Shown here piece after piece: positions 58,630 to 64,000 of a stretch of DNA of 64,000 nucleotides. The translations under genes were made by a program, and so were the position numbers. The stretch comes from Selaginella moellendorffii (taxonomy: Eukaryota; Plantae; Lycopodiophyta), in the NCBI RefSeq assembly GCF_000143415.4, contig NW_003314275.1:1493955-1557954 (forward strand). Direction: 5' to 3'. Positions within the stretch are counted from its first letter, which is position 1. Every line of letters starts with the position of its first letter. The notes under the pieces are model-generated. The model worked only from the letters and a program-made list of their open reading frames with translations. It was not told the origin of the DNA and did not search any database.

Positions 58630-59612
58630 NNNNNNNNNNNNNNNNNNNNNNNNNNNNNNNNNNNNNNNNNNNNNNNNNNNNNNNNNNNNNNNNNNNNNNN
58701 NNNNNNNNNNNNNNNNNNNNNNNNNNNNNNNNNNNNNNNNNNNNNNNNNNNNNNNNNNNNNNNNNNNNNNNNNNNNNNNNNNNNNNNNNNNNNNNNNNNN
58801 NNNNNNNNNNNNNNNNNNNNNNNNNNNNNNNNNNNNNNNNNNNNNNNNNNNNNNNNNNNNNNNNNNNNNNNNNNNNNNNNNNNNNNNNNNNNNNNNNNNN
58901 NNNNNNNNNNNNNNNNNNNNNNNNNNNNNNNNNNNNNNNNNNNNNNNNNNNNNNNNNNNNNNNNNNNNNNNNNNNNNNNNNNNNNNNNNNNNNNNNNNNN
59001 NNNNNNNNNNNNNNNNNNNNNNNNNNNNNNNNNNNNNNNNNNNNNNNNNNNNNNNNNNNNNNNNNNNNNNNNNNNNNNNNNNNNNNNNNNNNNNNNNNNN
59101 NNNNNNNNNNNNNNNNNNNNNNNNNNNNNNNNNNNNNNNNNNNNNNNNNNNNNNNNNNNNNNNNNNNNNNNNNNNNNNNNNNNNNNNNNNNNNNNNNNNN
59201 NNNNNNNNNNNNNNNNNNNNNNNNNNNNNNNNNNNNNNNNNNNNNNNNNNNNNNNNNNNNNNNNNNNNNNNNNNNNNNNNNNNNNNNNNNNNNNNNNNNN
59301 NNNNNNNNNNNNNNNNNNNNNNNNNNNNNNNNNNNNNNNNNNNNNNNNNNNNNNNNNNNNNNNNNNNNNNNNNNNNNNNNNNNNNNNNNNNNNNNNNNNN
59401 NNNNNNNNNNNNNNNNNNNNNNNNNNNNNNNNNNNNNNNNNNNNNNNNNNNNNNNNNNNNNNNNNNNNNNNNNNNNNNNNNNNNNNNNNNNNNNNNNNNN
59501 NNNNNNNNNNNNNNNNNNNNNNNNNNNNNNNNNNNNNNNNNNNNNNNNNNNNNNNNNNNNNNNNNNNNNNNNNNNNNNNNNNNNNNNNNNNNNNNNNNNN
59601 NNNNNNNNNNNN
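58630..59612. other. Assembly gap (983 N)
   Basis: Run of N. Confidence 1.
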
Positions 59613-60479
59613 CATTACTAATGAGCTATAACCATTTACAAAGTTTGTGGATCCTTAACAAATTTGGGTTTGGTTGACCCTAGAAACTACAAGAATAATA
59701 GTGAAAACAAAAAAGAGCTGAAAATAGCTTAATAAGGAAAAATAGATAAATTTACTAGAGTGGAGCATGATCTTACTCCATTGGTTTGTATTATCATATT
59801 ATACTTTTTAATTTTTTTTTGTCCTTCATCTTTTACAAACCTTGGAGAGGTCAGTAATGAGTATATTGTTGTTTTGAGCAGTCATTATATTGTTGGTGTC
59901 ATAGAAATTATATCAATATACATAAGAGTGGACATAAAACTTTATCTTGAAAGAAAGATGGATTCATATTTAGCAATGCTTGATTAGGAGTTTAGAGTAG
60001 TTCTTAAATATTTATCCACCATTTGCTTCCACATCAATTGCCATAACTAACTCTATTAAAACTGGGTATGAAATAAAGATGGTGCAAAATTAGAGATGAA
60101 TACAAAGGTCACCTCATATATCTTGAAGTTGGTTGCAAAAGTTTATTAGTGTGGTGTAGACGAAGGTGAAAGAGTCTAAACCATCAAATAAATTTAAACA
60201 AACATAATTCAACATAGTGCATGGATGTTAAATTGTTCTAGCAAGTTTGAGGTTCTTCACTTTCCCCTAGTTACATTTCATTTATTTATCCATGAATATG
60301 TTGAAGAGTACCATCCTCATGAATAAGCTAGGATGTTTGATCACCTGTAAGAACATGAATCAAATCTTCTACCACAACCCAAAAACCAACACAAGTACCC
60401 AGTTAAGGATTGAGAGCTTGGAGAAATAATAGTTTTTTTCTAAAATCTTCTTGGTGGAAGATGAGATTGCTTTGAAAAT

Positions 60480-61050
60480 TCATAAAGTGGAATGCCTTTT
60501 TAAAATTATTCTGCAAGTAGTTTCCCATAACATTGAGCAGTGGCTACTTCATGTCACAAGATAGTTTTATTAAAAAATCAAGGCAATAAGATTTATTTAT
60601 GACTTAGTAGAGTTTCTTATAATAATAGCAAGCATGGCAACACTAATATGACACCATTCTTTGTTATGTATAGATAACAACCTCAAACACTAATTAATGT
60701 TACATTAAGTAGATTCCCTAAATGTAAATGTTAATGCTAAGAATTTGGTAGTAGAATTAGATGATATTTTACATGATTGTCAAAGTAATCTTAGAAAAGC
60801 TCAATATTGCCAATGGTGTTAAATAAGCATCAAAGCTTTTGTCATTATTACACTAGTGATAAAGTATATATTCATGATGGTTTTTCCATTTACTTATCTA
60901 AAGACTTCCATTACTTCCTTATAGAAAGAAAGAGTGATGGGGTATTTGAGATTATTGAGAAAATCAATAATGTGGCATACAAGTTAAAGTTTCTAGTAAG
61001 TGTGCAAATACATTTAGTTTTTCATGTAAGTTTACACTTGTTCACAATGA
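60480..61050 (+). mobile_element. Highly decayed Gypsy integrase remnant
   Basis: GVFEIIEKINNVAYKL...IHLVFHVSL (GPY/F region). Confidence 0.7.
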
Positions 61051-61849
61051 GAATTGAATTGATCTAGAGAAAGTATTATCAAAGTTACTTTGGAGCACAA
61101 CTTTTTCAAGAGATAAGAGATTTCTTTTGAGAAAATTATCTATATTACATTTATATTTTAATTTATTCTACTTTTGAAATAAATTAGTTTCATCTCTTTA
61201 TTTGGATGCTTATATTTGAATTTACTTTTAACTTATTTTGTTTTGGATAGATTTCTATAAATTTTGGTTAAAATGTTCTATTTGCCCATTTATTTAAGGA
61301 TGATTAGCACTACTAAACTTAAACTTCATAGTAGCACTCAAACCATAGGAGAAATCTTTCCAAAATCCACTAGCAAATTTTGTATCACGATTGCTAACAA
61401 TAATTCATAATTTAAATAAACATTACTAAGATATCTCTTTGCTAACTCCTTAGCAATAATAGTACATAAAATTTGCATATTTAGTCAAGTTATCAATTAT
61501 AATATACATTTTCTCTTTGTTTTAGGAAGACGGGTTAAAAAATTCCTAGAAATACTTTCCCACTACTGTTCAAAAATTTTAAGGAAATGCAAATATCCTA
61601 GTGTAATAATATATTCAACCTTTATAACCTAACACAAAAAACAGAACTTACCATAGTGTAAAATTTCTACTTTTATGTTCTTCTAATAAAACTTATATTT
61701 TACCAATTTATAAGCTTTAGTCTCGCTAAAGTAGCCAACATAGACCCATCTCTTTTGCCACTGAATCAAGCTGAATTTGAAAAAAAGAATTAACAACCAT
61801 ATTTTTATTCCCCTCTCTATAATAAATTTCCATATAAAAAATCTCTTCA

Positions 61850-62700
61850 AGGACTAACTTATAATATGTATGTATAGCACAATATTTTATGATCAATAAA
61901 CCATAAAAAGTTTACCATTATAGAGATAAGCCAAAAAATATACACAATAAGAAATAACTCTTACTCATAAGTTAAATACTTTTCTTAGCATTATAAAATG
62001 TATAACTTTCATAAGCAATAACATGCCCATCTTGCATAAACATCCAAGTGCTGCACCATATTCATCAGTATATATATCATATGACCATGTCACACTAAGC
62101 GTTCCAAGCACTAAAGTTCAAGATATATAATCTCTTCTTAGAAGAAACTCAAATTTAGATAATTTTATTGAGCTTGTTATCCCTCAAGAGTTATAGTCAT
62201 GGCCACCTTGAGCTTTGCAAAACTATCTTGCTGAATACTTTCTCATTGAAACACAACATCTTTCTTGAGATTATTAGTAAAAGGAATAACAATTTGTGAA
62301 AAAGCTTGACAGTAATAATATATTAAACCCATAAAATTGTGCAAATCTTGTACATTAAGCACAGCTTGAACCTTAAGGATCTAGCTTAAAGCCTTTCATA
62401 GAGATAATATTTTAAAAAGTCATACATAGACTTCATAGTAAAAAATTTGCTTTCACAAAGCTTTTACAAAACTTGCAAAGATCATCTATATGCTTGTCCA
62501 AAATAGCATGATAGATTAGAATGTCATCCAAAATATTTTATGGATATGTCATCTTACTATTCTGCAAATATTGAATTCAAGAGCATTGAGAGCATTTTAT
62601 GATGTATTCCAATTATATAAGTGAACTAGTATTTGCCAGCAAAAGCTGCATGGTTAGCAAAGGCACATATTAATCATTGTGTTATGCATTTGTTCTTTTT
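61850..62700 (-). mobile_element. Highly decayed Gypsy RT/RNase H remnant
   Basis: Minus strand reads ILDDILIY near 62530 and IYTD..GAALGC / LMQDGHVIAYES near 62010-62075, with frameshifts. Confidence 0.7.
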
Positions 62701-63054
62701 TTCCTCTTGATGAGATTTTTTTTTATTCCACAAAAAGGAAGCTATTCCCAATTGGAGTGAATTATCTCAAGCACCCAAGCAATGCTACATCTATGCCTTC
62801 TTTGCTAAACAGACACAATCCAAGAAAAAAGGAAGAAATCAAACTATGCTTACTCTTTCCTGGAGTGGATGGGATAGGGACTTCCAGCATCACCATTGGC
62901 TCTATTGGGATCTCCTCCTCCTCTGCCAACCTTTGGTGAGACATAGCTTCCCACCACTCCAAGCTCGTCAAATCCGTTCCCTTTCTTCAATTCAGGGCGC
63001 TGGGACATGGCTACTTGCTGATTACCAGGATGAGTGCTAGGGTTTACCAGCGTG

Positions 63055-63079
63055 GCTGCTGCTGCTGCTGCTGCTGCTG
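63055..63079. repeat. (GCT)8 microsatellite
   Basis: Directly visible. Confidence 0.85.
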
Positions 63080-64000
63080 AGTCGCCATAGCTTCTTTCTT
63101 CCTCTCACATTTCTTCTTGCCTAAAAAGCACCACTTCAAATGAAATTGTGCCAAGGGCAAAACTATCGAAGTTCGTCAATCTCTCCTCATTAAGTTTCCT
63201 CTTTGCAGGAGAGGAAAGAAGTGCTGCAGTAGGGACTGGGTGAATCACTGTGCCGGGACTTGAGTGTCATGTTTGGGAAGTGGCCATTTGATCTGGCCAA
63301 GCTGGAGAACCCTTTCAAAAATTGAGAACTCGACAAAATAGATCATCCAGAAAGGATGTCTTGGTGCTAGTGGAGCTTGTTATCAACACTTTGAATGTGA
63401 CACGTGTTGCAATGCCTTCTTCTCTCACCCCACGCAGCTTGGCCGTCTTCCATTGGCTGAGAGCAAACATCAGCACAATTATTCGCTAAGACGTGGTTAA
63501 AGAAATAACCCACCTCGCATTAGACGACTGCGATTTGGCAGCCCAGAAAGTTCCACACTATGATAGATATTTCACTCTAAAAGATAGATTATGCTTAATG
63601 TAGCTGCCAGTGGTGGCATGCCTTTATATCCCAATTCCCATGTGAACTAGTGCAACACATAAAGTTTCTAAGGAAAAATCAGCATTGGCACTTCAAAAAC
63701 TCCTTTGGATCTGCACCTTTAAAGGTGAAATCGAGAGCATGAGCCGTAGGATTGTTTTGTATCCACGGTTGTAGTGAATCCAGAAAATATCTTGGCAGAA
63801 AGTGGCATATGCCCTCGTAGATATGTGAAATCCTTTGGGGCACTCCCATTGGCCCAGGCCACGTGGACAGTGAGCTGGCCACATGGATGATGACAGTAGC
63901 TTGAATCGCCACCGTCGCCGATAATATCTGCGCTTTTTCCACGCAAAAAGCCGTCGAAATATCTTTGTCCGTACAATACTGCCGTACCATCTTGGCAGTG

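Noticed and set aside
58620-59631. 331/335-aa ORFs
   Set aside because: Translation of the N gap.
62762-63990. Coding-like ORFs at the window end
   Set aside because: No recognisable domain and truncated by the window edge; insufficient support for a call.

Overview
Land-plant genomic DNA. The ~50-bp introns and compact gene spacing suggest a lycophyte such as Selaginella (inference). (1) About 1-28 kb is a four-level nest of Ty3/Gypsy LTR retrotransposons, each insertion bounded by a visible 5-bp target-site duplication (TSD). An old LTR (E) contains element D (1712-27285). D contains C (2509-16794) and B (18297-26090), and C contains the youngest element A (7628-15159). A is a chromovirus whose LTRs look identical. 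Its integrase is interrupted by two short GT-AG introns (47 and 52 bp), and removing them restores one 1557-aa Gag-Pol-chromodomain ORF. A and the non-coding element B share a PBS variant, the PPT and a covarying multi-hairpin module in the 3' region. Together they look like an intron-regulated autonomous element with a non-autonomous partner, which is the most unusual system in the window. (2) About 27-46 kb is a tandemly duplicated, decaying array containing a TM + P-loop ATPase gene, an F-box gene, a small hydrophobic ORF, DWNN and HMA fragments, and a perfect 33-bp hairpin. (3) 46-57 kb holds ordinary genes: DWNN/RBBP6-like, ferroportin, SRPBCC, type I MADS, an unknown protein and TSPO. 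(4) The rest is an assembly gap and decayed gypsy pol remnants.
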